This document shows, piece by piece, positions 25,151 through 52,847 of a stretch of DNA of 59,602 bases (position 1 is the stretch's first letter; the number at the start of each line of letters is the position of its first letter). The notes under the pieces are model-generated. The model saw only the letters and a program-made list of their open reading frames with translations, searched no databases and was not told the DNA's origin. A program made the position numbers and the translations under genes. Where the stretch lies: the NCBI GenBank assembly GCA_002269645.1, contig NIVC01002904.1:1-59602 (forward strand), written 5' to 3'. This stretch comes from Macrostomum lignano. Its lineage: Eukaryota.

Positions 25151-28056
25151 CAAATTAATTAGGTTAGGGCTAACTTTCTATTTTTTAATCTAATTCTAAT
25201 TTATAATTTAGGCATCAAAAAGCAAATTGCTATAATGCTTAAAAATTTTAACTTTGGAACTTTCCGAAATTATTTCAATTTTGGAAGTTGCTGACTTTCA
25301 GTTTCAATTTTGATTTTGATTAAAAGTCTGCTTTTGGTCCATCTCTACTATGGCACACATGATAATTGATAACTAAGTATATATATACATGTCATACATG
25401 TCCAATACCCATCCAGCCTGTCCAAGCCAGACAAGTGAAATGGCCGCCAGCGCCAGCCAATGTAAGTTGCAAAATCAAAAACATAAAAAAATGAAAAATT
25501 GGTAGAAAAAAAAGAAAAAAGGAAAAAAGGAAAGAAAAAAGAAAAAGAAAGGAGGGAGAAGACAGAGAGAGGGGAAAGAGGAGAGAAAAAGAGAAAGAAA
25601 AGAAAAGATAAAAAAGCAAGAAAAGTCATATACAAAGTGAAAATTAAGTCACAATTGGGGGAACTAAGTTGTAATTGAGAGGACATGATACATGTTTGAT
25701 ACTAGTTTATGACCATTGGTATAATGATAGGATTGGAAGATCACATAAATAGTTATTTAAAAAATAATAAATGACATTGTTCCTGTTTTCTTGAATCTTC
25801 TTTTTTAAGGCTAAGCTAGGGCCTAAGTAGAGAGCTTTTCAAAAAATAATTAGTTTTATGGCCTCTTTAAACATAAGACTTTGTTTAGGCAGGCTGTTGG
25901 GTGAATTTATTATTTAACGTGAAGTTATTTTACTTATTCATAGTTTTGAACTTTACACAGACGCAGTCGTTGAGTAAGTTCATAACTTCATAACTAGTAA
26001 CCGCGCATGCATATCGGCCATGTTTTAAAATTGTGATTGCATTGTAAAGGTTTAAAAAGACGCCATAATTTTTCACCTATTCTACTTCCTGTATTCTTGC
26101 ACGAAATCTTGAATGTCAATTTTGCCCTACTGTAGAGTAAAAATTAGCATTGCAAAACAAAAAGACACAAGACTAAGACATAGCTTACCAAACATCTCAA
26201 GAGGCTTTTACAAACTGCAGAACACGGAATCCATAGGAAATAAATTACACTACAGAAATCGACAGGCTTTAACACTATCTTAAGCTTTCAGCCTATTAAA
26301 ATTAACTGGAAGTTAGGATTAACTTTATTTCTTTTATAATATGGTTTGTGGATCTACTTTGCTAGTGTTCAACTTGTTTATTTATTTAATAATTGTTTAT
26401 AATTTTGCAGATAGTTTTAATTTAATGATTCCTACTTTTTTGACACAGAAATATAAATTTATATTAGCACAATAGACATTTTTTGTTATAACTTGTTCTT
26501 TTTACCCATTTACCGTCGCCTTTAGTAGAAAATAAACTCAATAATCTAAAATCTAAAAACGGTTTTCCAATGTTTTCTTGATCAAAAACCCTTTATGTCT
26601 AACTTTTCCCCATCATTGAAGCGTATAATTGTTGTGTTTGTTGCTAATTTATAATAATTTATTGATTAGCAACCTAGCATACGCCATACGTTCCAAGGCA
26701 AGAAAACAAAATCGCTATGCCCACTGTGAAGTTTTTTAGGCTGAATCAATTTGAGTTAGCGGTTAATTAATTTTAATGATAAATAAAATAATACAAACAT
26801 CAGTTTTTTATAAATTCACACTCGAGCATTAGTCGAACACCGTTTTATCGTGACTTTTTTAAGTTAAATCCATTTCACTCTGATCAAGGACTACTTATAA
26901 TTAAATCGTCAGTCCTTGGGTCCGTCCTTGAAGGTAATATATGTAAATGCAAACAAATTTTATGTTTGAGATCATGTTATGTAAATTAAGTATTCTTCTA
27001 TTAAAAGTATTCCTTGGACAGGTAGTTGGCACGATTGGTATACGTACATTCCAGATTGTACCAGGTAATTCTATACGCGATCGGCTTACAAATGGTACAT
27101 GTACATCATAGTTCGTTAGAAACATTATTTAGTTCCAGAAGTTCCAGCATACCTGCACGTACTAATTGTACTCTCCTGATTTGTACATGTACGTGAGCGC
27201 CTCTATAGAGTATCTTAATGTACATAAAATTGTTTGATGTTTTTTTGATGATAGTATGGAAAACTGCCCCAGAAAAAAGTTCCAAAAAACGCAGCTTCCT
27301 GTCCTTCTACTTCAGTAATGCCTGCATACCGTTTGTTATGCACAACGCTGGTGTATCTATTTAAATATCGTGACGGTAGCTAGCTCAAGCTAGCAAGATT
27401 ATTTTGTATTCAAAACACGGTACTCAGCTTTTTTGATAATGCTTCCACTGAAGCAGAAAAATATTGGGGAATAACAGGATGAGAGCAGGAAGAGAGTTGC
27501 AGGAAAGAGATGCAAGTAAATAATCTTCAAAAATTGTAAGAGAAACTAAACAGGTAATCTGAGACGTTTCTACAGAAAATGCACTTTTTCTAGAAAACCT
27601 CGTGATTCCATCTGGATGAGTAAAAAAATTTTTTTCATCCATGGGCAATATTGGTAAACACTAAGCCAAAAAGCCCAAATCCAAAATAGCCGAGCTTGCT
27701 TGATAGTACGAGATCCCATATTCGACCTAAAACCAGGTTTAAAAAAGGGGAGCCTGCTAATTTTGGATCGCTCTCAAAAAATTTGAACGGTAAAATTGAG
27801 GGCGCCGCTCGTCCCTCCCAACCCGTCAGTTCCAGCGGCTCCTCATCTGCAGCCACTTTTACAGCGTGTGGAAGTGAGCCATCCCACCAGCTGACTGATC
27901 TCCCGTCTGGAGCGGCGTTTAAATTTATTTTTAAAGAGTAGGAGAGGTCGAGCCGCGCTGCAGTCTTTGCTGGCAGCTTTGAAAAGCCTTTGATGATCGT
28001 GACAGAAAATAGCTGCACTTTGCCACTCGATCTTATTAAGGTCGCGTGATCAACTT

Positions 28057-29141
28057 TTGAGGTCGCCAGTTTAGGGCGCCTTTCTGACAGAAAAAAATGG
28101 CGCCTCTATGACATAATACACTTGGCGCCTTTCTGACATAATAAACGTGGCACATTTCTGAAACCTAACTTTGGCGCCTTCCTGACATTTTAACTTTGGC
28201 GCCTTCCTGACATTCTAACTTTGGCGCCTTCCTGACATTCTAACTTTGGCGCCTTCCTGACATTCTAACTTTGGCGCCTTCCTGACATTCTAACTTTGGC
28301 GCCTTCCTGACATAATAAACCTGGCGCCTTCCTGACATAATAGACTGAACGCCTTCCTCGCATAATAAAATTGGCGCCTTTCTAATATCCTACCTTGACG
28401 CCTTCCTGACATTCTTACTTTGGCGCCTTTCTGACATTATAAAGTTGGAGCCTTCCTGACATTCTAAATTTGGCGCCTTTCTGACATTTTAAAGTTGGAG
28501 CCTTCCTGAAATTCTAAATTTGGCGCCTTCCTGACATCCTAACATTGGCGCCTTCCTGACATAATAAACCTGGCGCCTTCATGACATAATAGACTGGGCG
28601 CCTTCCTGGCATAATAAACTTGGCGCCTTTCTAATATCCTAACCTTGACGCCTTCCTGACATTCTAAATTTAGCGCCTTCCTGACATCCTAACCTTGGCG
28701 TCTTCCTGGCATAATAGACTTAGCGCCTTCCTGACATAATAAGCGTGGCACATTTCTGAAACCTAACTTTGGCGCCTTCCTGACATTCTAAATTTAGCGC
28801 CTTCCTGACATCCTAACCTTGGCGCCTTCATGACATAATAGACTGGGCGCCTTCCTCGCATAATAAAATTGGCGCCTTTCTAATATCCTAACCTTGACGC
28901 CTTCCTGACATTCTAAATTTGGCACCTTCCTGACATTCTAAATTTGGCGCCTTCCTGACATTCTAAATTTAGCGCCTTCCTGACATAATAAACTTGGCGC
29001 CTTCCTGACATAATAGACTTGGCGCCTTCCTGACATAATAGACTTGGCGCCTTCCTGACATAATAGACTTGGCGCCTTCCTGACATAATAGACTTGGCGC
29101 CTTCCTGACAACGATTCGGTGCCGTCGGCATGAGGCGCCCT
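28057..29141. repeat. 25-bp GGCGCC-containing minisatellite, possibly a TE subterminal array
   Basis: Units GGCGCCTTCCTGACATTCTAACTTT and GGCGCCTTCCTGACATAATAGACTT; flanked by GAGGGCGCC (27799) and GGCGCCCTC (29133). Confidence 0.9.
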
Positions 29142-29609
29142 CCAGAGTTAACTAATTAGCATCTAACCAGTGCTTCCATAGACTGAGCTCACTCACTCCC
29201 AGTGAGGACGAATATCCGTGTCTGCAATCTGCGCGTGGGAGGAGGATGAGGAGCATCCTGCTTAACCTGAACTGACCCCCAACAATTCCCGCATTCATAT
29301 CAGCTCGTACAAGCTACCCGCTTAGATACAGAGCGAGGAGTCCGTGCTCCAGGATTCAGTGCGGTACTCAAGGCGCGCCCTGTTCATCTGACTCTGATTT
29401 CGGCTCCAGACTCGTGAATAAAAAGGACCTATTGAACCTCTTAAGCCTTTAGAAATAACGTTATTTTTATAGAGCTAAATTACCTCTCAGTACTTTTGAT
29501 TCAATTTTGCTAGATAATTCGCATTTTTCATTTGTCTCAATTATTTCTCATAGCCTGTCTGTTCGATCATCCACCTCGTTCTGGCTCTTTTGCTTCATTC
29601 TGTGCTCTT

Positions 29610-30040
29610 TCTCCCCTCTATCTTCCTTTATCTCCCCTCTATCTTCCTTTATCTCCCCTCTATCTTCCTCTATCTCCCCTCCATCTTCCTCTATCTCCCC
29701 TCCATCTTCCTCTATCTCCCCTCCATCTTCCTCTATCTCCCCTCCATCTTCCTCTATCTCCCCTCCATCTTCCTCTATCTCCCCTCCATCTTCCTCTATC
29801 TCCCCTCTATCTTCCTCTATCTCCCCTCTATCTTCCTCTATCTCCCCTCTATCTTCCTCTATCTCCCCTCTATCTTCCTCTATCTCCCCTCTATCTTCCT
29901 CTATCTCCCCTCTATCTTCCTCTATCCCCCCTCTATCTTCCTCTATCTTCCTCTATCTTCCTCTATCTCCCCTCTATCTTCCTCTATCTCCCTCTATCTC
30001 CCTTTATCCCCCTATCTATCTCCCCTCTGTCTCCATTCTA
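29610..30040. repeat. 21-bp pyrimidine-rich minisatellite
   Basis: Unit TATCTTCCTCTATCTCCCCTC. Confidence 0.93.
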
Positions 30041-31254
30041 TCTCCCACTGTATCTACAGTACACTAATTCCCTCCATTCTCTCTCCGAGAGTCAAGCAGT
30101 TGTATATTGACTCCAAAAGTAAATTTTTTCATCAGCTTAATGGGGGGAATAACAAATTTGCAATTTAATCCCGGCAGCTCAGGAGCGCCCGGGAGCGGAT
30201 CGCAGCTGTTTTTTTTCACTCAACTAAGGAGAGCACAATAGTGTGAGAGAAGGCATAGGCACAATTAACAGCTAAAACGAGTAGGGACTCAAATCACCAG
30301 CCATTGTATTCCCCAGAAGAGAGAAAAGCAGCTCCCGCAGCCTAATCAACCTTCCCGACTACGGGCTGCTAACTCGACATGATTTTGCAGACTCTGGCAG
30401 AACGGACTTTCCCTGCGGGGGTTCGGGATCCTCCTTTGCGGTGCCCGGCGAAATGAGAGGAAAAACTGCCTTCAGCTCCCTTTCTCTCCCTCTCCTCCCA
30501 TCCGATCTTCTCTGCGCCTCTCAAATGGCATTCCGGCTCAAAGGCAGAGAAAGGAAGCTTCACGGCTGAGTTTTCGGGCCGGGGCTAATTGAATAGGGGG
30601 GGGGGGTTTACTCCGGCCACCGATGCCCGCAGGGGGCGCCTCTCTGCGATTTCTCCTGAAAAATCCTCCTCCGGTTTCCCCCGGCATTAATCCACCATAA
30701 ATCGTAGCTTTATACTTTGCTCAACAAAGCAACAGGACATTGGCTTTTGTTCCCACCTCTATGTCTTCCTAGTATAGACTCTCTTTGGGCCAATTCTATT
30801 TATTGTCTGTACTTAGTCGTTAGTATTGTGCATACTAAATCACAGTGACGGCTGTGATCACGACCAAATCGCAGTGAAAGGGCTAGACTAATTGTTTTAC
30901 ATATCTCCTTATGTTTTTACAGGTATTTCAATTTCCGATAGAAATTTACGCAACAATTCAGCAATTTTTTGACCAAATTATCGCGACATTTTGAGTGCAT
31001 CTATTTCTTATAAAAAACTAGACATCGCTTCTCGTTTCTATTTTTAGAATTAGATAATGACTAATGGCCAAGTGCTTCTATTTTTAGAGCACGATTGTGA
31101 CTAATCGCTGCTTGTTTCTAATTTTAGAACAAGATTGTGACTAATCGCTGCTTGTTTCTAATTTTAGAACAAGGTTGTTACTCATTTCCGCTTGTTTCTA
31201 TTTTTAGAACAAGATTTTTACTCATTTCCGCTTGTTTCTATTTTGAGAACAATA

Positions 31255-31319
31255 TATATTTATTTATATATAGATATAGATATAGACCTAGACCTAGATA
31301 TAGACCTAGATATAGACCT

Positions 31320-31358
<39 letters not shown>
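31255..31358. repeat. (TA)n / TAGACC microsatellite
   Basis: Visible directly in the sequence. Confidence 0.9.
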
Positions 31359-31361
<3 letters not shown>

Positions 31362-31971
31362 AGGCTAATTAGAGTGTGTACTCACTCGAAAAACAGGTTT
31401 TTTGTACGAATTAGATAAGTCAAACGAACGCCCCTAATTAATTAATTTTTATCCAGCAAGACTTTTCCATTCGAGCCATTTACCTCGGAGTAATCAAATC
31501 ACAGAGTCCCATCAATCCAGTCCATAGATATCATACAAGCCCTATCTTTATTTGAGCACATTTTTGCCTAGCTCAGGGCTATCGGAAGCCGGAGCTGCAC
31601 GCACGGGGCTAGCAGGTGAGCATACAAAATACACTGTCTCTCTGTCAATCTAAGACTCGCTACTGTTCGAGTCCCCCGGCCTCAGGAGCTTTCATACCGG
31701 GTTCGCCTGCCTTCCGCGTGGCTACAGCGGCTCCTAATTTCCGGCGATCTAAAAAAATCTCACGGAAGGGGGGGCAGAAAACTGATCGGCTGAAAATTCC
31801 ATTTTTGGTCTGTTTTTTTGGGGGGGGGGGTCGGTTTTATGAATCCGTATGGTGTTGCATTTTCGGCGTGGGCTGGAGAATCAAAGGGCTTGCAATGCTA
31901 TTGAATTTCAATAAATTTGTTTGCCGATGTGTTGTCTGCTGGGATTTAACTTGAGGTCGCCAGTCCTCAAC

Positions 31972-33280
31972 TTAATCCTGTTAGACACCATCCTGTTAGA
32001 TACCATCCTGTTAGACACCATTCTGTTAGATACCATCCCGTTAGACACCATCCTGTTAGACATCATCCTGTTAAATACCATCCCGTTAGACATCATCCTG
32101 TTAGACACCATCCTGTTAGATACCATCCTGTTAGACACCATCCTGTTAAGTACCATCCCGTTAGACATAATCCTGTTAGATACCATTCCGTTAGACATCA
32201 TCCTGTTATACATCATCCTGTTAGATACTATCCTGTTAGACCCCATCCTGTTAGACACCATCCTGTTAGACACCATCCTGTTAAGTACCATCCCGTTAGA
32301 CATAATCCTGTTAGATACCATCCCGTTAGACACCATCCTGTTAGACACCATTCTGTTAGACACCATCCTGTTAAGTACCATCCCGTTAGACATAATCCTG
32401 TTAGATACCATCCCGTTAGACACCATCCTGTTAGACACCATTCTGTTAGACACCATCCTGTTAAGTACCATCCCGTTAGACATAATCCTGTTAGACACCA
32501 TTCTGTTAGACACCATCCTGTTAAGTACCATCCCGTTAGACATAATCCTGTTAGATACCATCCTGTTAGACACCATCCTGTAAGATACCATCCTGTTAGA
32601 TACCATCCTGTTAGATACCATCCTGTTAGATACCATCCTGTTAGACATCATCCTGTTAGACACCATCCTGTTAAGTACCATCCCGTTAGACATAATCCTG
32701 TTAGATACTATCCTGTTAGACCCCATCCTGTTAGACACCATCCTGTTAGATACCATCCTGTTAGATACCATCCTGTTAGATACCATCCTGTTAGATACTA
32801 TCCTGTTAAACCCCATCCCGTTAGACACCATCCTGTTAGACACCATCCTGTTAGATACCATCCCGTTAGACATCATCCTGTTAGATACCATCCCGTTAGA
32901 CATAATCCTGTTAGACAGCATCCTGTTAGATACCATCCTGTTAGACACCATCCTGTTAGACACAAGTTTGTCAGACACCATCCTGTTAGACATAATCCTG
33001 TTAGATACCATCCTGTTAGACACCATCCTGTTAGATACCATCCTGTTAGACACCATCCTGTTAGATACCATCCTGTTAGATACCATCCTGTTAGACACCA
33101 TCCTGTTAGACACCATCCTGTTAGACACCATCCTGTTAGACACCATCCTGTAAGATACCATCCTGTTAGATACCATCCTGTTAGATACCATCCTGTTAGA
33201 CACAAGTTTGTCAGACACCATCCTGTTACAGAAGTCATTCGGTTAGACAACATATGCTTAGACACCATCCTGTTAGACAC
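31972..33280. repeat. 15-bp minisatellite (~1.3 kb)
   Basis: Unit CTGTTAGACACCATC; source of the MVSNR and LLDTI ORF artefacts. Confidence 0.97.
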
Positions 33281-34737
33281 AATTTTCAGGCATAGCCTTA
33301 TTTAGACACAACCCGTTTTGAAGCTATCAACTGCAAAAGATAAATATTGAATGCAAAAGCCATCAGTTACCTAAGCTTGGGAACAACCCTGGGAAAATTT
33401 AATTTTTAAACGGCATTTTAAAACGGCCTGCAGTCATTCTGTATTGCAAACATTTTTCTTCTTTGTTGCAGAAACACGCAGCTGTGTAAGCATACGCATT
33501 CAAACAAACAGCAAGTGGTTGACATCGAGGTGAAACATTCCAAAAGACGAACAACATCTCGGAAATAATTTATTGTTCGATTCGCGGAACAAATTGATTG
33601 ATCGAAAATCAATGGAATCGACAACGAGTGCACACGGATTTAAGAAACGCAGGGCGGACGCCAAAGAAACAACAAATTGATTTCGGTGAATATATAAACT
33701 AAGGAAGGAAACGAAGAGATTTGAGTAGGAGGGCGCGAGAGTGACAGTGATCAGCTCAAGGCTCAGGATTGCAATCAAAGAGAAGACACCCAATGGGAGG
33801 AAGTGCGTCAGCTCAGACCATTTGCAAGTTTTTTCCGAAATTTTCCACCTCGATAATTAGCTTTTTTAGTGAGCCTGAAATTCAAACGCTCGGGTTTCTT
33901 AGAAAATAGCACGTTCGGCTTGGAATTTGAATTAGCGCGGCGCGTGACATAAACAATAAATATTGATACTTTTCCAAGAAAATGGAATCATGACTTATTT
34001 TCCTGAATTGGACCATTGAGAACAGCCATGTCGATGATGATGTACAAACTAAACGAAATGTTCTGATACTCTGCCCGGACACCTGTGACAGCTCAGGCAG
34101 GTGAGCGAAGCACAACATAGGCAAGAATTACATTGATAATAAAATACCAGAAACAGAGACAACACAATTAAAGACAATATTTATCATTGATGATTGACAG
34201 GCTAGAGAGGGGAAGGGTAGAGGGTGCGGGGGAGGGAGGGTAGAGAGGGTGAGGGAGAGAGGGTAGAGAGGGTGAGGAGGAGAGGGTACAGAGGGTGAGA
34301 AAGAGGGTAGAGAGTGTAAGGGGAAAGGGTGGAGAGGGTGAGGGAGAGAGGGCACAGAGGGTGAGAGAGAGAAGGTAGAGAGTGTGAGGGGGAGAGGGTG
34401 GAGAGGGTGAGGGGGAGAGGGTACAGAGGGTGAGGCAGAGAGGGCACAAAGGGTGGGAGAGAGAAGGTAGAGAGAGCGAGGGAGAAAGGGCACAGAGAGT
34501 CCGGGAGAGAGCAAGGGGTCAGGGGTCAGGTGGGGTCATTGGATGTCAAAAAGAGAGCATCATACGAGCGGACAGTCAACAGCTCAAAGGCAGAGAGGCA
34601 TTGCGAGAGCAGGCAGAAGCTGCTGGGTGGGGGGAGCACAGGATGAGCGAACACAAAATTCTCCACAGTTTAAAAATCTGCACAGTTTCAAATAAGGACA
34701 ACTCAAGCTTCGAAAAAACTCTATGAAATTGCAGCGT

Positions 34738-49097
<14,360 letters not shown>

Positions 49098-49139
49098 CTG
49101 CGAACAGACGGCGGAATTGGGTGATTTTTCTCTCGCCTG

Positions 49140-50395
49140 CCCCCTCTACCCCTCCTCTGCCTGTCTGCCCTCTGCCTCTCTGACCTCTGCCTCTCCGCCC
49201 TTTGCCTCTCTGCCCTCTGCCTCTCTGCCCTCTGCCTCTCTGCCCTCTGCCTCTGCCCTCTGCCTCTCCGCCCTTTGCCTCTCTGCCCTCTGCCTTCTGC
49301 CCTCTGCCTCTCTGCCACTCTGCCCTCTGCCTGTCTGCCTCTCTGCCCTCTGCCTTCTGCCCTCTGCCTCTCTGCCTGTCTGCTCTCTGCCCTCTGCCTC
49401 TCTGCCTCTCTGCCCTCTGCCTCTCTGCCCTCTGCCTCTCTGCCTTCTGCCTCTCTGCCACTCTGCCCTCTGCCTGTCTGCCTCTCTGCCCTCTGCCTGT
49501 CTGCCTCTCTGCCCTCTGCCTCTCTGCCTCTCTGCCCTCTGCCTCTCTGCCCTTTGCCTCTCTGCCCTCTGCCTTCTGCCTTATGCCTCTCTGCCTCTCT
49601 GCCCTCTGCCTCTCTGCCCTCTGCCTCTCTGCCCTTTGCCTCTCTGCCCTCTGCCTTCTGCCCTCTGCCTCTCTGCCACTCTGCCCTCTGCCTGTCTGCC
49701 TCTCTGCCCTCTGCCTGTCTGCCTCTCTGCCCTCTGCCTCTCTGCCTCTCTGCCTTCTGCCCTCTGCCTGTCTGCCTCTCTGCTCTCTGCCTCTCTGCCT
49801 CTCTGCCACTCTGCCCTCTGCCCTCTGCCTCGCTGCCTCTCTGCCACTCTGCCCTCTGCCCTCTGCCTCTCTGTCTCTCTGGCCTCTGCCTGTCTGCCCT
49901 CTGCCTCTCTGTCTCTCTGGCCTCTGCCTCTCTGCCCTCTGCCTCTCTGCACTCTGCCCTCTGCCTGTCTGCCTCTCTGCCCTCTGCCTCTCCGCCCTTT
50001 GCCTCTCTGCCTCTCTGCCCTCTGCCTCTCCGCCCTATGCCTCTCTGCCTCTCTGCCTCTCTGCCCTCTGCCTCTCTGCCTCTCTGCCCTCTGCCTCTCT
50101 GCCTCTCTGCCCTCTGCCTCTCTGCCCTCTGCCTCTCTGTCTCTCTGGCCTCTGCCTCTCTGCCCTCTGCCTCTCTGCCTCTCTGCCTTCTGCCCTCTGT
50201 CTCTCTGGCCTCTGCCTCTCTGGCCTCTGCCTCTCTGCCTTCTGCCCTCTGTCTCTCTGGCCTCTGCCTGTCTGCCCTCTGCCTCTCTGTCTCTCTGGCC
50301 TCTGCCTCTCTGCCCTCTGCCTCTCTGCCCTCTGCCTGTCTGCCCTCTGCCTCTCTGCCTGTCTGCCATCTGTCTGTCTGCCCTCTGCCTGTCCC
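49140..50395. repeat. CT-rich low-complexity tract (CTCTGC/CCTCTG)
   Basis: Visible directly; source of several ORF artefacts. Confidence 0.95.
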
Positions 50396-50728
50396 TACTA
50401 ATCTACCAGTCAATCTGGCTGACCTTCTCGTAACCATCCTAAATACTAGTACAATGGCCCAGCAACGCACATCTCTCCCAAGTTTAATTGTCTTCATTCT
50501 GTCTGTCACTTGTTTTTGCCGCCTCTGCTCACTTTCGTCCCTCTTCCACGGACCCGTCAGCTTGACAAAACCCCTCAGCAGCCGTGAGGCGGCCTCATCA
50601 ATGCTCAAAATAGCTCAACCCCTAATAGAGAATGTAGATAGAAATACGCTTAGCAATTATTCAGACAATAATTCAGAGAGGCGTAGTGGCTTCTCAAAGT
50701 CAACAAGAGCTAGGAATTTTCTGCTTCA

Positions 50729-50743
50729 GTTGCCACTGGCAAC
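50729..50743. promoter_or_regulatory. RFX X-box (3-nt spacer variant)
   Basis: GTTGCC-ACT-GGCAAC, a palindrome matching the X-box consensus, on the 5' side of the minus-strand uncharacterised gene. Confidence 0.55.
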
Positions 50744-50869
50744 CAGATTCTGCTGCATTTCAGCATGACAGCACGGATTGATTAGCGTAACTTTGACTGA
50801 TTTTATGATTTCTCTCTGCTTCCGCTGACATGGCGTGCGCATTTGTACTTTTTTATTACATAGCCTAGT

Positions 50870-51840
50870 ACCCTCACTTGCCACCCTTCACTCCCCTGGC
50901 CACCCTTCACTCCCCTGGCCATCCTTCACTCCCCTGGCCACCCTTCACTCCCCTGGCCATCCTTCACTCCCCTGGCCATCCTTCACTCCCCTGGCCAACC
51001 TTCACTCCCCTGGCCATCCTTCACTCCCCTGGCCATCCTTCACTCCCCTGGCCATCCTTCACTCCCCTGGCCATCCTTCACTCCCCTGGCCATCCTTCAC
51101 TCCCCTGGCCACCCTTCACCCCCCTGGCCACCCTTCACAATCCTTCATTCTTACATCCACTCTTACATCTACATTCATTCACATTCTTACGACACCCTTA
51201 TATTCACTCTCTCTCAGTCACTCTCAGCCATTCACTCTCAGCCATTCACTCTCAGCCATTCACTCTCAGCCATTCACTCTCAGCCATTCACTCTCAGCCA
51301 GCCATTCGCTCTCAGCCATTCACTCTCAGCCATTCGCTCTCAGCCATTCACTCTCAGCCATTCACTCTCAGCCATTCACTCTCAGCCATTCACTCTCAGC
51401 CATTCACTCCCTCCTATTCACTCACAGCCATTCACTCTCAGCCATTCACTCTCAGCCATTCACTCTCAGCCATTCACTCTCAGCCATTCACTCTCAGCCA
51501 TTCGCTCTCAGCCATTCACTCTCAGCCATTCACTCTCAGCCATTCACTCCCTCCTATTCACTCACAGCCATTCACTCTCTCCTATTCACTCCGAGCCATT
51601 CACTCTCAGCTATTCACTCTTAGCAATTCCCTCTCTCCTATTCATTCTCAGCCATTCACTCTCAGTCATTCACTCTCTCCAATTCATTCTCTCCTATTCA
51701 CTCTCTCCTATTCACTCTCTCCAATTCACTCTTTCCAATTCACTCTCTCCTATTCACTCTCTCCAATTCATTCTCAGTCATTCATTTTTTAGTTATTCAC
51801 TCTCTCCTATTCACTCTCATCCATTCACTCTCAGTCTCTC
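50870..51840. repeat. Adjacent 19-bp (CCCTTCACTCCCCTGGCCA) and 14-bp (CATTCACTCTCAGC) arrays
   Basis: Visible directly in the sequence. Confidence 0.93.
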
Positions 51841-52326
51841 CCGTGTGCGGAACCACAGCTCACCTGAGCAGCCAGGTAGATGCCTGTTCTGTTCCTGTTG
51901 TGATTGCACTCGGGCGCGTGGGTTTGGACAAACATTTCACCGAATATTTCCACTGCGGCTTAAGGCTTCGCTAAAAATGAGCTTTTTTATGCGAGGTGCG
52001 CTCGCTAATCTTACAAGCAGCGAGTCCAGACAGAAAAAATTGAGCTATTTATGTTTGAAAGATTATGTCAACTGCTTTCTGGCGCCCAGCCGCCTCCCTC
52101 ATCTCTCATCTCTCAGTCTTTCACTACCAGTGTCCAACCCTCGGCTAGGAAACCTCTTCTTCTATTGGCTCCCCAGCAGCCTCTCTCCCTCATCACCCTC
52201 TCTCTCTCCTCTGTCCTCTCTGGGCAAAGACAGACAGCCCCGGGCCCCAGCAGCAAAGTAACGCAAGAAGAGAAAAGCTTGTATGGGGAGGGCAAGCGAT
52301 TGTATGCGATTAAAAATAGGTCAGTC

Positions 52327-52397
<71 letters not shown>

Positions 52398-52833
52398 CGC
52401 ACTGCACCAAGTCGGCGAGAAGATCTTTAGTGACCAGACAAAAAAATACAGATTCCAAAACCCGAAGGAACTTTTTAGTAGACTCAGCGACAAAGAGAGA
52501 GAGAGAGATGGAGGGGGCGGAGGCTGGAAAGAAAATAATAGCCCAGAGTACTCAGGCTGAGTCTGGCTGTGCAGCCACCAACAGTTTTCAGTTACTTTTG
52601 AGCTGGCAGGGCGCTTGGAGACGACGGGCCTGTTGCTATGCCTGTTGCTATGCAGAAAAAAGCTGGAAAGAGGGAGAGAGAGAAGGGAAAGGAAACAGGT
52701 AGCAGTTCCCATGTTCATCATGGCCCGGGTGAGTCTATGGAACTCAATTCAGAGACTAAGACAGTCGTCGAGTTGCTTAAGGATCAATTGACGGAACAAA
52801 TAATAGTGTATTTTCTTCGAAATCCCCCAGCTG

Positions 52834-52847
52834 GTTACCATGGCAAC
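52834..52847. promoter_or_regulatory. RFX X-box
   Basis: GTTACCATGGCAAC is an exact match to the GTNRCC-N(0-3)-RGYAAC consensus, ~1.3 kb upstream of the TTLL10-like ATG. Confidence 0.7.

Noticed and set aside
24371-26930. A single 2.5-kb element bounded by CAGTGGCG... and ...CCGTCCTTG
   Set aside because: Ends only partly match and the flanks (GTGTCCAG versus AAGGTAAT) show no target-site duplication.
26901-27125. Possible MULE transposase fragment (IWNV...PRNT)
   Set aside because: Resemblance is too weak and short, with no other transposase blocks nearby.
50528-50588. Hammerhead-ribozyme look-alike on the minus strand (CTCAC...CTGACGG-GTCC-loop-GGAC-GAAA-GTGAG)
   Set aside because: Stem II and a possible stem III are present, but core positions A9, U16.1 and H17 are all G and stem I has only ~2 bp; not expected to cleave.
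50424-50608. First coding exon of the orphan gene ([10 protein letters not shown]...)
   Set aside because: The ORF starts at TTG after an in-frame TGA, and its phase at the 50424 donor does not match the next exon. Only a DGYEK microexon fits, so it was left unannotated.
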